NCBI GenBank assembly: GCA_963766735.1
Contig: CAVYBU010000030.1
Span: 224,001-288,000 of the forward strand
Length of the DNA stretch: 64,000 nucleotides
Reading direction: 5' to 3'
DNA from: an uncultured Chloroflexia bacterium
Lineage (GTDB): Bacteria; Chloroflexota; Limnocylindria; Limnocylindrales; CSP1-4
Shown here: piece after piece, positions 29,275 through 38,908 of the stretch
How positions within the stretch are numbered: the first letter of the stretch is position 1
Layout: every line of letters starts with the position of its first letter
Program-made: the position numbers and the translations under genes
Notes under the pieces: model-generated
What the model was told of the DNA's origin: nothing
The model's input: only the letters and a program-made list of their open reading frames with translations
The model's database searches: none

Positions 29275-29613
29275 GCAGGCAACCGACGGCGCAAGTGCGG
29301 CTCGTGTTCCGCCCTCGTGTCCGCCGCGATCGCTACCGGCTCGGTTCCTGTCCGCCTGGATCGGGACGCCAGCCGCAGCCTCCGCAGTAGCCGCCGGCCT
29401 CATGGCCATAGGCACGGCGACGATGCCTGTCGTATCCAGGCAATGACCCCGCCCGACTCCGCAATCCCGGCGCCGTCTCCGTCGGCCCGGCGCGCCGGCC
29501 GGCAGAGGGACAAGCGACGTGGGCATTTCGGCTCTTGCCGCACCTCTCGATGCGGCGCGAGGATCGTGGCGAGGAACCGCGCTGAGCCACCACCTGCGGT
29601 CGCCGCGTGAACG

Positions 29614-30231
29614 ATGGAAACCCTGGCGATAACGTCGATCACCAACTTCGTCCTGGCCAGCGAGCTCTTCTTCCTGGCCGGCCTGATGGTGAAGACCCCG
29701 AAGGCCCGCTTCTCGGCGGCCTGGTTCTGGGGCGGGGCCATGTTCGCTCTGGCGTCGAGCGCGCTCATCGGCGGCATCGACCATGGCTTCGTCGAGCCGG
29801 CCGGGCTGTCGCGCTACTTCATCCAGCGGCCGAACTGGATCGTTGCGGGCGTGGCGACGTTCTGCATGCTGCTTGCGACGGCGCGGCAGTTCTTCCCACC
29901 CCGCTGGCAGCGGACTGCGCTGATCCTGGGAGCGATCCAGCTCATCGTCTACGTCATCGCCGTCCTGCTGATCGGCGACTTCCGGATCGTCATCGTCAAC
30001 TACCTGCCCGTGATGCTCCTCCTGCTGCTGTTGAGCGTCCTCAGGCTGAGGCACGGCACCGGCTCCTGGCAGATGGTCGTGGGCGTCCTCGTGCTCCTGG
30101 CCGCCTCAGCCGTCCAGGTCCTCGGCGTGGACCTGTTCAACCCGGTGGATCGGAACGGCCTGTACCACACGATCTCCATGGTGGGCGTGCTGTTCATGTA
30201 CTGGGGTGGACAGCGCCTGAAGGTGTCCTGA
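29614..30231 (+). CDS. Multi-pass membrane protein (DUF6962-like)
   Basis: About 7 TM segments; conserved-looking GGIDHG and NGLYH; good codon bias. Confidence 0.7.
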   Translation: METLAITSITNFVLASELFFLAGLMVKTPKARFSAAWFWGGAMFALASSALIGGIDHGFVEPAGLSRYFIQRPNWIVAGVATFCMLLATARQFFPPRWQRTALILGAIQLIVYVIAVLLIGDFRIVIVNYLPVMLLLLLLSVLRLRHGTGSWQMVVGVLVLLAASAVQVLGVDLFNPVDRNGLYHTISMVGVLFMYWGGQRLKVS

Positions 30232-30334
30232 CCTGGGGTGGTCCGCGGCCCCCGCGGGGCTGGGGGCGACTCGGGCCGCGCGCCTCTCGGATCGTCCCGG
30301 CTTGCCGGCCAGTCGGGGTGCGGGCAGACCGGGG

Positions 30335-30360
30335 CGCAACAACCTGCCGTCCCCCGCGTC
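30335..30360 (+). promoter_or_regulatory. Candidate ECF promoter CGCAAC-N16-CGTC upstream of the lipoprotein gene
   Basis: Same spacing and -10 as the motif before the ECF sigma gene. Confidence 0.4.
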
Positions 30361-30471
30361 CCATCCTCAGCGGGAGGCTCTGACACGCGGTCCATCACTC
30401 ACGGCCGCTGGGACCGCGCCGTGGGACTGGCGAGACCGACCCGCGTGATGGGCGTCCCCAGGGAGTGCGCG

Positions 30472-31937
30472 ATGGTTCCGCGACCTTCAACCGGCCGGCT
30501 TATCGTCGGTCTCACCGCGGCTGCATTGCTGGCCGGGTGCGCCGGCGGCACGACCCCCAGCGAGCGCCCCGCGGCATCGGCCCGGCCGTCGGCCACTCCG
30601 GCCGAGGCGACGCCCAGCGACGCGCGGATCGGCCCGGCCGTCGGCCACTCGGCCGAGGCGACGCCCAGCGAGCGCCCCGCGGCATCGGCCGGCGTCGGCC
30701 ACTCCGGCGGGTCGTCCCGACCGCGCCGAGCGCGGGCACGACCCCACCTGCGTCGGCGATCCCGGCCCTCGCGTGGCAGAGCGGGTTGATCCCGTCGATG
30801 TTGGAGGGTTATGGCCCGACGCCTGCCGCCGTCGGCGGCGGAGACGGCGGGTTCGCGGCCGTCGGCCGTCGGGTGTTCCGCGACAACGTTGGGCCGGGCG
30901 GCGGGACGGCGAGTGCATGGCACTCGGGGGATGGGCTCGCGTGGGAGCCCGCGACGGCCGACGCGGGCCTTGCCGTCGGGGACACCGTCCCCATCGACGA
31001 CTATCCCGACATCGGCCTCACCGATGTTGTCTGGGGACCGGCCGGTTTCGTCGCCGTCGGCATGACGGCCGCGCCAGACCCTCGCGGCGGTACGGCACGG
31101 ACCTCGAGCGACGGCGAGACGTGGACCCGCGCGAAGCTTCCTGACGCGGCCCATTCCTGGCCGGCGGCGGTGACCTGGAACGGATCGAGCTATGTCATCG
31201 TCGGCGTCGCCCGCGAGGAGGGCACCCCTCGCGCTGCGGCTTGGCTCTCGACCGACGGTCGATCTTGGCGGCGGGTGCCCGACGGCGACGCCTTCGACAT
31301 CGGCGGCTATGTCACCTACGCCTCAGCCTACAACTCGGGCGGGCCGGCGGACGTCGTGACGACCTCGGAGGGCTCCCTCGTCGCGGTCGGCAGGACCTGC
31401 ACCGCCACCTCGACCATGGAGGAGCAGTCGACGTGTCGACCGCTCGTGCTGCAGTCCGTCGACGGCGAGGCCTGGACGCGTACCCTCGTTCCCGACGACG
31501 CCGACGTCGTGCTCACCTCGGTCGCGGCGACATCGGGGCGGATCGTCGCGCTTGCCAACGGGGCCGGCGAGGCCGGCGATCACGCACGTCTGCTCCTGTC
31601 GGACGAGGCCGGCTGGCGCCTCGTCGAGCCGGCCGGCGTGCCCGTGCTCGCTCGGATCTCGGCATTCGGCGACGGGTTCCTCGCGGTGTCGACCATCGGC
31701 AACCGGATCGGGCTCTGGGCGTCGATCGACGGCGAGGCGTGGGCCGAGATGCCGGGCATCCCCCAGCCGACGATCGACCCCGACTGGGGGCCCGAGATGC
31801 AGGCGTTCGGCGACGTGGACATCGCCGTCGCAGGCGACCGCGTCGTGGTCGTCGGCCAGAACGAGGCGGATCCCGTGGGACCCACGGCCTTCTCGATCGT
31901 CGGGACCTCCTCCGCGACCTCCAGCCGGGCACCCTGA
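30472..31937 (+). CDS. Lipoprotein with Pro/Ala/Ser/Thr linker and repeated S.DG..W (BNR/Asp-box-like) beta-propeller domain; frameshifted within the linker repeats
   Basis: Lipobox LLAGC after ATG 30472. The downstream frame has repeated W.S.DG..W motifs. Confidence 0.7.
30553..30709 (+). repeat. About three imperfect 57-bp tandem repeats (TPSERPAASARPSATPAEA)
   Basis: Copies 2 and 3 differ from copy 1 mainly by short deletions. Confidence 0.75.
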
Positions 31938-32000
31938 CCGGCACTGCCGCCCCCGGCAACGGACCGTGCGCTCCGCGCGAATGGCCCTTCGCCTCTGCCC

Positions 32001-32026
32001 TGAAACACCAGGCGGGGCATAGCGTC
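32001..32026 (+). promoter_or_regulatory. ECF sigma promoter TGAAAC-N16-CGTC, probably autoregulatory and leaderless
   Basis: Matches the SigW/SigM/SigX-class consensus; lies 8 nt before the GTG start of the sigma gene. Confidence 0.75.
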
Positions 32027-32034
32027 ACATCGGC

Positions 32035-32607
32035 GTGGAACCGGTGACCTCTCCTCTCGAATCGGTGGACGCCGCGGGCGCGCATCGCGCCGCGCAGGCG
32101 GACGCGCTGGTCGTGGCCGCCTGGACCGACCACCACGCGGAGGTCTACGCGTTCCTCGTCCGGACGGCCCGCGATCCCGGGGTGGCCGAGGACCTGCTCT
32201 CCGAGGCCTACCTGCGCCTGACCCGCGAGGTGCGGGCCGGGCGGACCCCCGACAACGTCCGGGCCTGGCTGTACCGGGTGGGTGCCAACCTCGCGGTCAG
32301 CCGGGGACGGCGCATCTCGGCCGCGCTGCGCGGGCTGGTCAGGATCCAGACCACCACGGCCCCGCCGGTGACGACGCTCACCCCCGAGGCGAGCTACCTC
32401 GCACGCGAGGGCCGGGCCGCGATCGTGGGCATCCTCGCGGACCTGGACCCCGGCGCCCGGGCGGCGCTGCTCCTCGCGGCCGAGGGCTTCAGCGGGGCCG
32501 AGATCGCCGCCGCGATCGGGCGCTCCGAGGCCGCCACCCGCACCCTGCTGTGTCGGACCCGGATCCGGGTCCGCAGCCGGCTCGAGTCGGCGGAGGCGTC
32601 CCAATGA
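32035..32607 (+). CDS. ECF RNA polymerase sigma factor
   Basis: Region 2 AEDLLSEAYLRL...AWLYRVGANL; region 4 EGFSGAEIAAAIGRS...TLLCRTR. Confidence 0.9.
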   Translation: MEPVTSPLESVDAAGAHRAAQADALVVAAWTDHHAEVYAFLVRTARDPGVAEDLLSEAYLRLTREVRAGRTPDNVRAWLYRVGANLAVSRGRRISAALRGLVRIQTTTAPPVTTLTPEASYLAREGRAAIVGILADLDPGARAALLLAAEGFSGAEIAAAIGRSEAATRTLLCRTRIRVRSRLESAEASQ

Positions 32608-34417
32608 CCAGCGCACGACACGTTCCTGCACCTCGCCGCCACCGCGATCGACTACCCGCTTGCGGCGTCCGATCGCGGCCGCCTCGAGGCGCACCTCGCG
32701 GGCTGCCCGGCCTGTGCCCGGCGGGCGCATGCCTTCCGGGGCGATGCCCTCGCGCTCGAGCACCTGCCGCGGGTCACCCTGCCCGAGCGCCGCGGATCCG
32801 AGATCCTCGCTACTGCGATGCACCCGGGCGTCGTCCGCCACCCGCTCCGGCTGCTGGTCCTCGCGGCGCTCCTGGGCCTGCTGCTGGTGGGCTCGCTCGC
32901 GGTCGGTGCCCAGCTCCTGCGCACCCCCGAGGACGAGCTCTCGGTCGTGCTCCCGGTGCCGAGCCAGAGCGCCGGTCCGGACGCCACGCCCGCGCCGAGC
33001 GCGAGCCCGGTGCCGTCGGCTTCATTCGAGCCGTCGGCCCCTCCGGTGAGCGGGCCCGTGGTCACTCCGGCCTCGTTCCCGCTGCCATCGGGTGCCGTCT
33101 CGCTCGCACCGGCCGCGGCCGGCGGGGTGTGGGTGCTCGTGAACGACCATGCGGGCCCGGCGCTCGACGGCGAAACGGGCCGAGCGGTCCTCGCGCTTCT
33201 CACCAGGGACGGCGAGCCCGCCGCGGGCTGGCCGCAGGAGATCCAGGGCGTGGACTGCAGCATCCGGGCCGGCATCCCGGCATCGCCGTTCTCGCAGCTG
33301 CCGCTCGTCGCCCCCGACGGCAGCGTCCGCCTCCTGTGCCGGACGGTCCCGGCATCCCCGGATGCAACACCAGCCGTGTTCGCGCTCTCGTTCGACGCCG
33401 CCGGCGCAGCGTCTCCCGGCTGGCCGGTCATGCTGCCGGCAGACCCTGTCGATGCCCGGATGGTCGGTGACACGCTGGTCCTGGCGACAACCACCGTCAC
33501 GACCGACGCTGATGGGAACGTGCTGGAGGGCGAGTTCCGGATCCTGCGGGTCAGCGCGCCCGGCCAGCTGGAGCAGGGTCAGGCGGCTGTCAGGGACAGG
33601 AACTCCTCCTACGATCCGACTCTGGCTGCCGACGGGGTCGCGTTCCAGCGATGGGTCCATGATGATGACGAGGCCGCCGACCCGGCGACGGAGATCCTGG
33701 CGTTCGGGTTTGACGGCGCGCTGCCGGGCTGGCCGATCTCCGTGCCCGGGATCGTCTCCGCCCCCGTGGTAGGACCGGACGGTCGCTACTACGCGATTAC
33801 CTCGGCGAGGGCCGAGGGAACGGACGCGCTCGCCCCGAACCAGGCGCTCGTCGCGCTCACCCCCGACGGGACGCTTTCCGTCGGGTTGGATCTGCCCGTG
33901 CCCGGCATCTCCGAGGCGACCTTTGCGGGCGGGTACGCGCCGATCAGGCCCGTGCTCGAGCCAGGCGGATCCGCGTGGGTCCTGGGCGTCGACGACCGCG
34001 ACCGCGTCGTCGTCCACGCGCTCGGACCCGGACGGCAACGTCCGCGACGGGTGGCCGTGGTCGGCCGGTGCGCCCATCGGGGAGCAGGGCAAATGTCCGC
34101 AGGGCGATACAGGATGCGGCGTGTGGCGGACGGTGCCGGCCCTCGGCCCCGGTGAGGTGCTTCTGGTCCTCCTGGCGCCGGCTGATGCGAAGAGCGGCGG
34201 GCAAGTCGTCGCGGTCGGGCCGGACGGCCGGGTCGTTGACGGCTGGCCGGTCAAGCTCACGAACCCGGCCGGGCGCTGGGATGTCGTGGTGGCCGGCGCC
34301 GACGGGACGGTCTACGCAACGGCGGTCGAACCTGCCGGGGCCGGGTCGGCGATCACGCTTCTCGCGATCACGCCGGACAGCGAGGTGGCCTGGCGGTCGA
34401 CGCTCGTCGGCGAATGA
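32604..34417 (+). CDS. zf-HC2 (ZAS) anti-sigma factor with TM helix and large extracytoplasmic beta-rich domain; frameshifts near 32610 and 34029
   Basis: AHLAGCPAC (HxxxCxxC) upstream of the 32818 ORF in the same frame, then a TM segment and repeated GWP motifs. ATGA coupling to the sigma gene. Confidence 0.75.
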
Positions 34418-34797
34418 CGTGATCGACTCACCTGCGAAAGCGCGTCGCTCTACATGTCACGGGACGGACGCTCGTGGATCAGTCGTCCTGACTCCATGCC
34501 TCCCAGCAGAGCGAGCATCCTGGCCACAGACGGCGCAGGGACAGTTCCGGCCGCCGGCAACCCGTCGACGGCAGGCAAGGTCACGATCTGGCGGCTCGAG
34601 ACCGCGCTGCATGTAGCAAGGCTGTTCGTCAGCGCGCGAAGCCCCCAATGATCGGCGCATACGCCCCTCGACTCGTCGTGCGTGAAAGGGCCGACCCTTC
34701 ACCGCATAGGCCCCGGGGACTCCCAAAGCACCCCCGCTGGTGTTGCGCCACGCCCCGGATCCTTGTCTCCGTGATCGAGCCGTGCGAGCATCGCGCC

Positions 34798-35199
34798 ATG
34801 ACACGGATGAGGCGCTCTGCGGCCGGCGCCGCGATCCTCGCGCTCGCGACGGCAGCCGTTCTGGCCTGTTCCGCGACCGGGCGACCCGCCGCGGTCGAGG
34901 GCTGGAGGATCGGGCCAGAGGTCGATTGTGCCGGCCTGTCGCTGCCGCTCGAACGCTGCCAAGCGCTGCAACGACGGGCGATAGCCTATGCCGCAGCGAC
35001 CGGCGGACCGGTCTCATCCTGGACGATGCACGCCGCCGAGCATGTGAACGACGAGGGGCAGCCCGCGCTGCTCGCATCCGGATCAGGAATGCCCGACGCC
35101 ATCCTTCTCGTCAGGCAGGCCGACGGGTACCACGCGGCCCTGATGGGGTGCACCCAGCCCACCGCCGCGAACCAGCCTGCCGACGACACGTGCCCGTGA
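34798..35199 (+). CDS. Small putative lipoprotein
   Basis: Signal peptide ending VLAC; four additional Cys. Confidence 0.5.
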   Translation: MTRMRRSAAGAAILALATAAVLACSATGRPAAVEGWRIGPEVDCAGLSLPLERCQALQRRAIAYAAATGGPVSSWTMHAAEHVNDEGQPALLASGSGMPDAILLVRQADGYHAALMGCTQPTAANQPADDTCP

Positions 35200-35428
35200 C
35201 CCAGCCGCGGGCCTTGCGTTGAGCTGACCCTCCTGCCGTGGGGCAGAGTCAGCGAGCGGTCCACTTCATGGCACCCGGCCGCAGCCTCGTCGCTGCGCCG
35301 CCGCGGCGGATCCGGAGTAGATGGCCGGCCTCGCATGGGCGCTCGGGCGGGGCGAGCCGGTGCCGGACGGATAGGATGAATTCGTGGGACGAGGGCACAG
35401 GGACGACAAGGGGAGAGGGGGCGAGTCG

Positions 35429-35872
35429 GTGGGCGTCACGCTGGCTCCGGTAGGCGCGGGCAACTGGCGGGCCGTTGCGGATCTGGACGTTCGGGACGAG
35501 CAGCGTGCGTTCGTTGCGTCCGTGACCCGATACCTGGCCATGTGCGCGTATGGCGGAGGCCCATGGCAGCCACTTGCTGTCGAATCGGGTGGGGTAGTGG
35601 TCGGGTTCGCCATGGAGGCCGTTGACCCGGTTGACAATTCGTACTGGATCGGCGGGCTTGTCATCGACGCGGCGTCACAGGGGCGCGGGGTGGGGCGAGC
35701 GACCGTGGAGGCCATGATCGCGCGGGCCCGGGCAGGGTTGCGGCCGTCTGTCGCGCTGAGCTACCACCCCAGCAACAATGCAGCTCGGCGGCTCTATGCC
35801 GGCCTGGGCTTTGTCGAGACCGGCGAGGTCGAAGGCGACGAGGTTGTGGGTCGTCTCCTGCTTCGTGCATGA
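35429..35872 (+). CDS. GNAT N-acetyltransferase (diamine acetyltransferase-like)
   Basis: Motifs IDAASQGRGVGR and N..ARRLYAGLGFVETG. Confidence 0.88.
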   Translation: MGVTLAPVGAGNWRAVADLDVRDEQRAFVASVTRYLAMCAYGGGPWQPLAVESGGVVVGFAMEAVDPVDNSYWIGGLVIDAASQGRGVGRATVEAMIARARAGLRPSVALSYHPSNNAARRLYAGLGFVETGEVEGDEVVGRLLLRA

Positions 35873-36160
35873 CGCCACCCTGCACCCGCGCGTGCACGCT
35901 CGCGGCGCGCTCACCCGCAGGGGCGACGCGCACTGCACCCGGCCGGCCGCGGCCGGGAGACATGGGTCGGAACCGCCCCCCCTGACCGGCCGGCGCTGTC
36001 GACCCCTGACCATCGGGCGACCCTGCGTATGACTCATGGCACGCAAAGTGGGTCCTCCGGTCCTTGTCGGGGTCCGGGGTCATACGGACGCTTGGGTCAT
36101 GGGCAGACCTTCTGATTCCCGTGGCATGCGAAGTCGCCCGCCGACGCACGGCGGCGCGCG

Positions 36161-36931
36161 ATGAAGATCGCGGTCTCGGGCAAGGGCGGCGCCGGCAAGA
36201 CGACCCTCTCCGCCCTCCTGGCCGTGGAGCTGCGCCGACGGGACTACGGGGTCACGGTCATCGACGCCGATCCCAACCCGACCACGGCTGCGGCCCTCGG
36301 GTTCCCCCCGGGACCGGTGACCCCGCTCCTCGAGATGAGCGACGAGATCGAGGAGCGGATCGGCAGCCCCGGCGGGTTCGTCCGCCTCAACCCTCGCGTC
36401 GACGACCTGGTGGGCCGGATCTCGATCTCCCATGACGGCATCAACCTGATCGTGGCCGGGGGAATCACGCACGGTGGCGCAGGTTGCGCCTGTCCGCAGG
36501 CCGTGCTCCTGCGGCGGCTCCTCGAGCACGTCGTCACGGCGCTGGACGAAGCCGTCGTGATCGATCTGGAAGCCGGCCTTGAGCATCTTGGCCGGAGGAG
36601 CGCCCACGCCGTGGATGCCATGGTGGTGGTCGTGGATCCAAGCCGGGCCAGCATCGAGACGGCCCGTCGCATCCGGCGCCTCGCCGGCGAGATCGGCGTC
36701 GAGCGTGTGCTCGCGGTCGGGAACAGGATGCGGGGACCAGCAGACATCGAGTACCTGGCAGCGCAGCTCGACGGCATGGAGATCGTCGGGACCATTCCCT
36801 ACAGCGACGAAGTGATCGCAGCAGAAAGAGCCGGACGACCGGTGACCGAGATCGCGGGCGAGTTGCCCGCGGCGGCCGCCCGGCTCACGGACGCCCTGGT
36901 AGCAATGACGAAAGTGCAGGTGAAACCGTGA
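36161..36931 (+). CDS. cooC: CO dehydrogenase nickel-insertion ATPase CooC
   Basis: Motifs GKGGAGKTT, DADP, GCACP, DLEAGLEHLGR. Confidence 0.92.
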   Translation: MKIAVSGKGGAGKTTLSALLAVELRRRDYGVTVIDADPNPTTAAALGFPPGPVTPLLEMSDEIEERIGSPGGFVRLNPRVDDLVGRISISHDGINLIVAGGITHGGAGCACPQAVLLRRLLEHVVTALDEAVVIDLEAGLEHLGRRSAHAVDAMVVVVDPSRASIETARRIRRLAGEIGVERVLAVGNRMRGPADIEYLAAQLDGMEIVGTIPYSDEVIAAERAGRPVTEIAGELPAAAARLTDALVAMTKVQVKP

Positions 36932-38862
36932 CAGAGGCCACAACCCGCCCGGCCCGCACCGACCTTGCCAGCGTGGAGATGCGCGAGCGAGCCAAGCAGG
37001 AAGGCATCAACACGGTCTGGGACCGCTACGCTGCCATGGGAACCCAGTGCAAGATCGGCGAGGCGGGCATCTGCTGCACCGTCTGCCATCTCGGCCCGTG
37101 CAGCCTCGGCCTGCCCGGCACCAAGCGACCCCAGGTCGGGGTCTGCGGCGCGGACGTCAACACGATCGCCTCCCGTCGCCTCGCGCGCGACATGGCGGCC
37201 GGTTCCGCGGCCCATTCGGATCATGGACGGTCGGTGGCCCACCTGCTCCTCCAGGCCTCCCGGGGCGAGGCGCCCGGGTATGGCGTGCGCGATGAGGTCA
37301 AGCTGCGCACCCTGGCCGCAGAGCTGGACGTCCCGGTCAAGGACCGGACCGTGGACCAGATCGCCGAGGGCGTGGCCGAGTCCTGCCTCGCCCAGTTCGG
37401 CCAGCAGGAGGGAGCCCTGGCGTTCGTCAGCCGGGCGCCGGCCAAGCAGCAGGAGAACTGGCACAAGCTCGGCATCACCCCCCGTGGCGTCGACCGCGAG
37501 GTCGTCGACGTCATGCACCGGACCAACATGGGCGTCGACACCGAGTACAAGAGCCTCGTGATGTCCGGCATGCGCAGCGCCCTGGCCGACGGCTGGGGTG
37601 GCTCCATGGTCGCCACCGACCTCCAGGACGTCCTGTTCGGCACGCCGAAGCCGATCCGCGCCGAGATGAACCTGGGCGTGCTGCGCACGGACCAGGTGAA
37701 CATCCTCGTCCACGGCCATGAGCCGGCCCTGGCGGAGGCAATCGTCGATGCGGCCGGCGACCCCGGCCTCCTCGCGGAGGCCGCGGAGCTGGGTGCGTCC
37801 GGGATCAACGTCGCCGGCATCTGCTGCACCGCCAACGAGGTGCTGATGCGCCGCGGCGTCCCGATCGCCGGCAACTTCCTCCAGCAGGAGCTGGCCATCG
37901 TCAGCGGCGCCGTGGAGGCGATGCTGGTGGACGTCCAGTGCGTCATGCCCGGGATCGTCCAGGCGGCCGGCTGCTTCCACACGGAGATCATCGCGACCTC
38001 GACCCAGGCGGCGTTCCCGGGCACCATCCCGATCCAGGTCACCGAGGACCGGGCGCCGGAGGCGGCCCGCGAGATCGTCGGCCGGGCGGTCGCCAACTTC
38101 GCCAACCGCGACCAGGTGCGGGTCCAGATCCCGGACCACAAGATGGACGTGGTCGCGGGCTTCACGACCGAGTCGATCACCCACATGCTGGGTGGCACCT
38201 ACCGGGGCGGCTTCCGGCCGCTCAACGACGGGATCATCTCGGGTCGTATCCGCGGTGTCGTCGGAGTGGTGGGCTGCGACAGCCCCAAGCAGATCCAGGA
38301 CCAGGGACACCTGGACACCGTCTTCGAGCTGCTGCGCAACGACGTGCTCGTGGCGCAGACCGGCTGCTCGGCGATCGCCTGTGGCAAGGCGGGCCTGCTT
38401 CGCCCCGAGGCGGCCTTCGAGCACGCGGGGCGCGGGCTCCAGGAGATCTGCTCGGCGGTCGGCATCCCGCCGGTCCTCCACGTGGGCTCGTGTGTCGACA
38501 ACAGCCGGATCCTGACGGTCGCGCAGGAGATGGTCAGCGAGGGCGGCATCGGCCGTGACTTCTCCGAGCTCCCGATCGCCGCTTCGGCGCCCGGCTGGTG
38601 GTCGGAGAAGGCGATCGCGATCGGCTTCTACGCCGTTGCCTCGGGTATCACGACCTTCCTCGGCTCACCGTTCAACATCCTCGGCAGCGAGGCCGTGACC
38701 CGGTTCGTGACCGACGAGCTCGACGACCTGGTCGGCGCCCGGTTCACGTTCGAGACGGACCCGATCAGGACCGCCGAGCTGATCGTGGAGCACCTCGACC
38801 GGAAGCGGGCTGCGCTCAAGCTGCGGCCGATGATGTACGACGCCCTCCCGGCCATCGCCTAG
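36928..38862 (+). CDS. cooS: Anaerobic [NiFe] carbon-monoxide dehydrogenase catalytic subunit
   Basis: D/B-cluster QCKIGEAGICCTVCHLGPC...VCG; HSDH. C-cluster ligands HGHEP, GICCT, DVQC, VGC, TGC, GSCVDNSR; SEKA. Confidence 0.96.
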   Translation: MTEATTRPARTDLASVEMRERAKQEGINTVWDRYAAMGTQCKIGEAGICCTVCHLGPCSLGLPGTKRPQVGVCGADVNTIASRRLARDMAAGSAAHSDHGRSVAHLLLQASRGEAPGYGVRDEVKLRTLAAELDVPVKDRTVDQIAEGVAESCLAQFGQQEGALAFVSRAPAKQQENWHKLGITPRGVDREVVDVMHRTNMGVDTEYKSLVMSGMRSALADGWGGSMVATDLQDVLFGTPKPIRAEMNLGVLRTDQVNILVHGHEPALAEAIVDAAGDPGLLAEAAELGASGINVAGICCTANEVLMRRGVPIAGNFLQQELAIVSGAVEAMLVDVQCVMPGIVQAAGCFHTEIIATSTQAAFPGTIPIQVTEDRAPEAAREIVGRAVANFANRDQVRVQIPDHKMDVVAGFTTESITHMLGGTYRGGFRPLNDGIISGRIRGVVGVVGCDSPKQIQDQGHLDTVFELLRNDVLVAQTGCSAIACGKAGLLRPEAAFEHAGRGLQEICSAVGIPPVLHVGSCVDNSRILTVAQEMVSEGGIGRDFSELPIAASAPGWWSEKAIAIGFYAVASGITTFLGSPFNILGSEAVTRFVTDELDDLVGARFTFETDPIRTAELIVEHLDRKRAALKLRPMMYDALPAIA

Positions 38863-38908
38863 TCACCACGCTGAGACGTAGACAGCCCGACCGACGGAGC
38901 GAGAGACC

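Noticed and set aside
30553-30709. CRISPR array or phase-variation tract
   Set aside because: Coding Pro/Ala linker repeats without spacers; the indels look like read errors.
32605-32607. In-frame TGA between sigma and anti-sigma as selenocysteine or read-through fusion
   Set aside because: The ATGA overlap is the normal coupling pattern, and a small indel right after ATGACC explains the frame. No Cys-equivalent context or SECIS was identified.
35873-36160. Cobalamin or nickel riboswitch upstream of the acs operon
   Set aside because: No recognisable B12-box or other conserved core by eye; an Rfam scan would be needed to exclude it fully.
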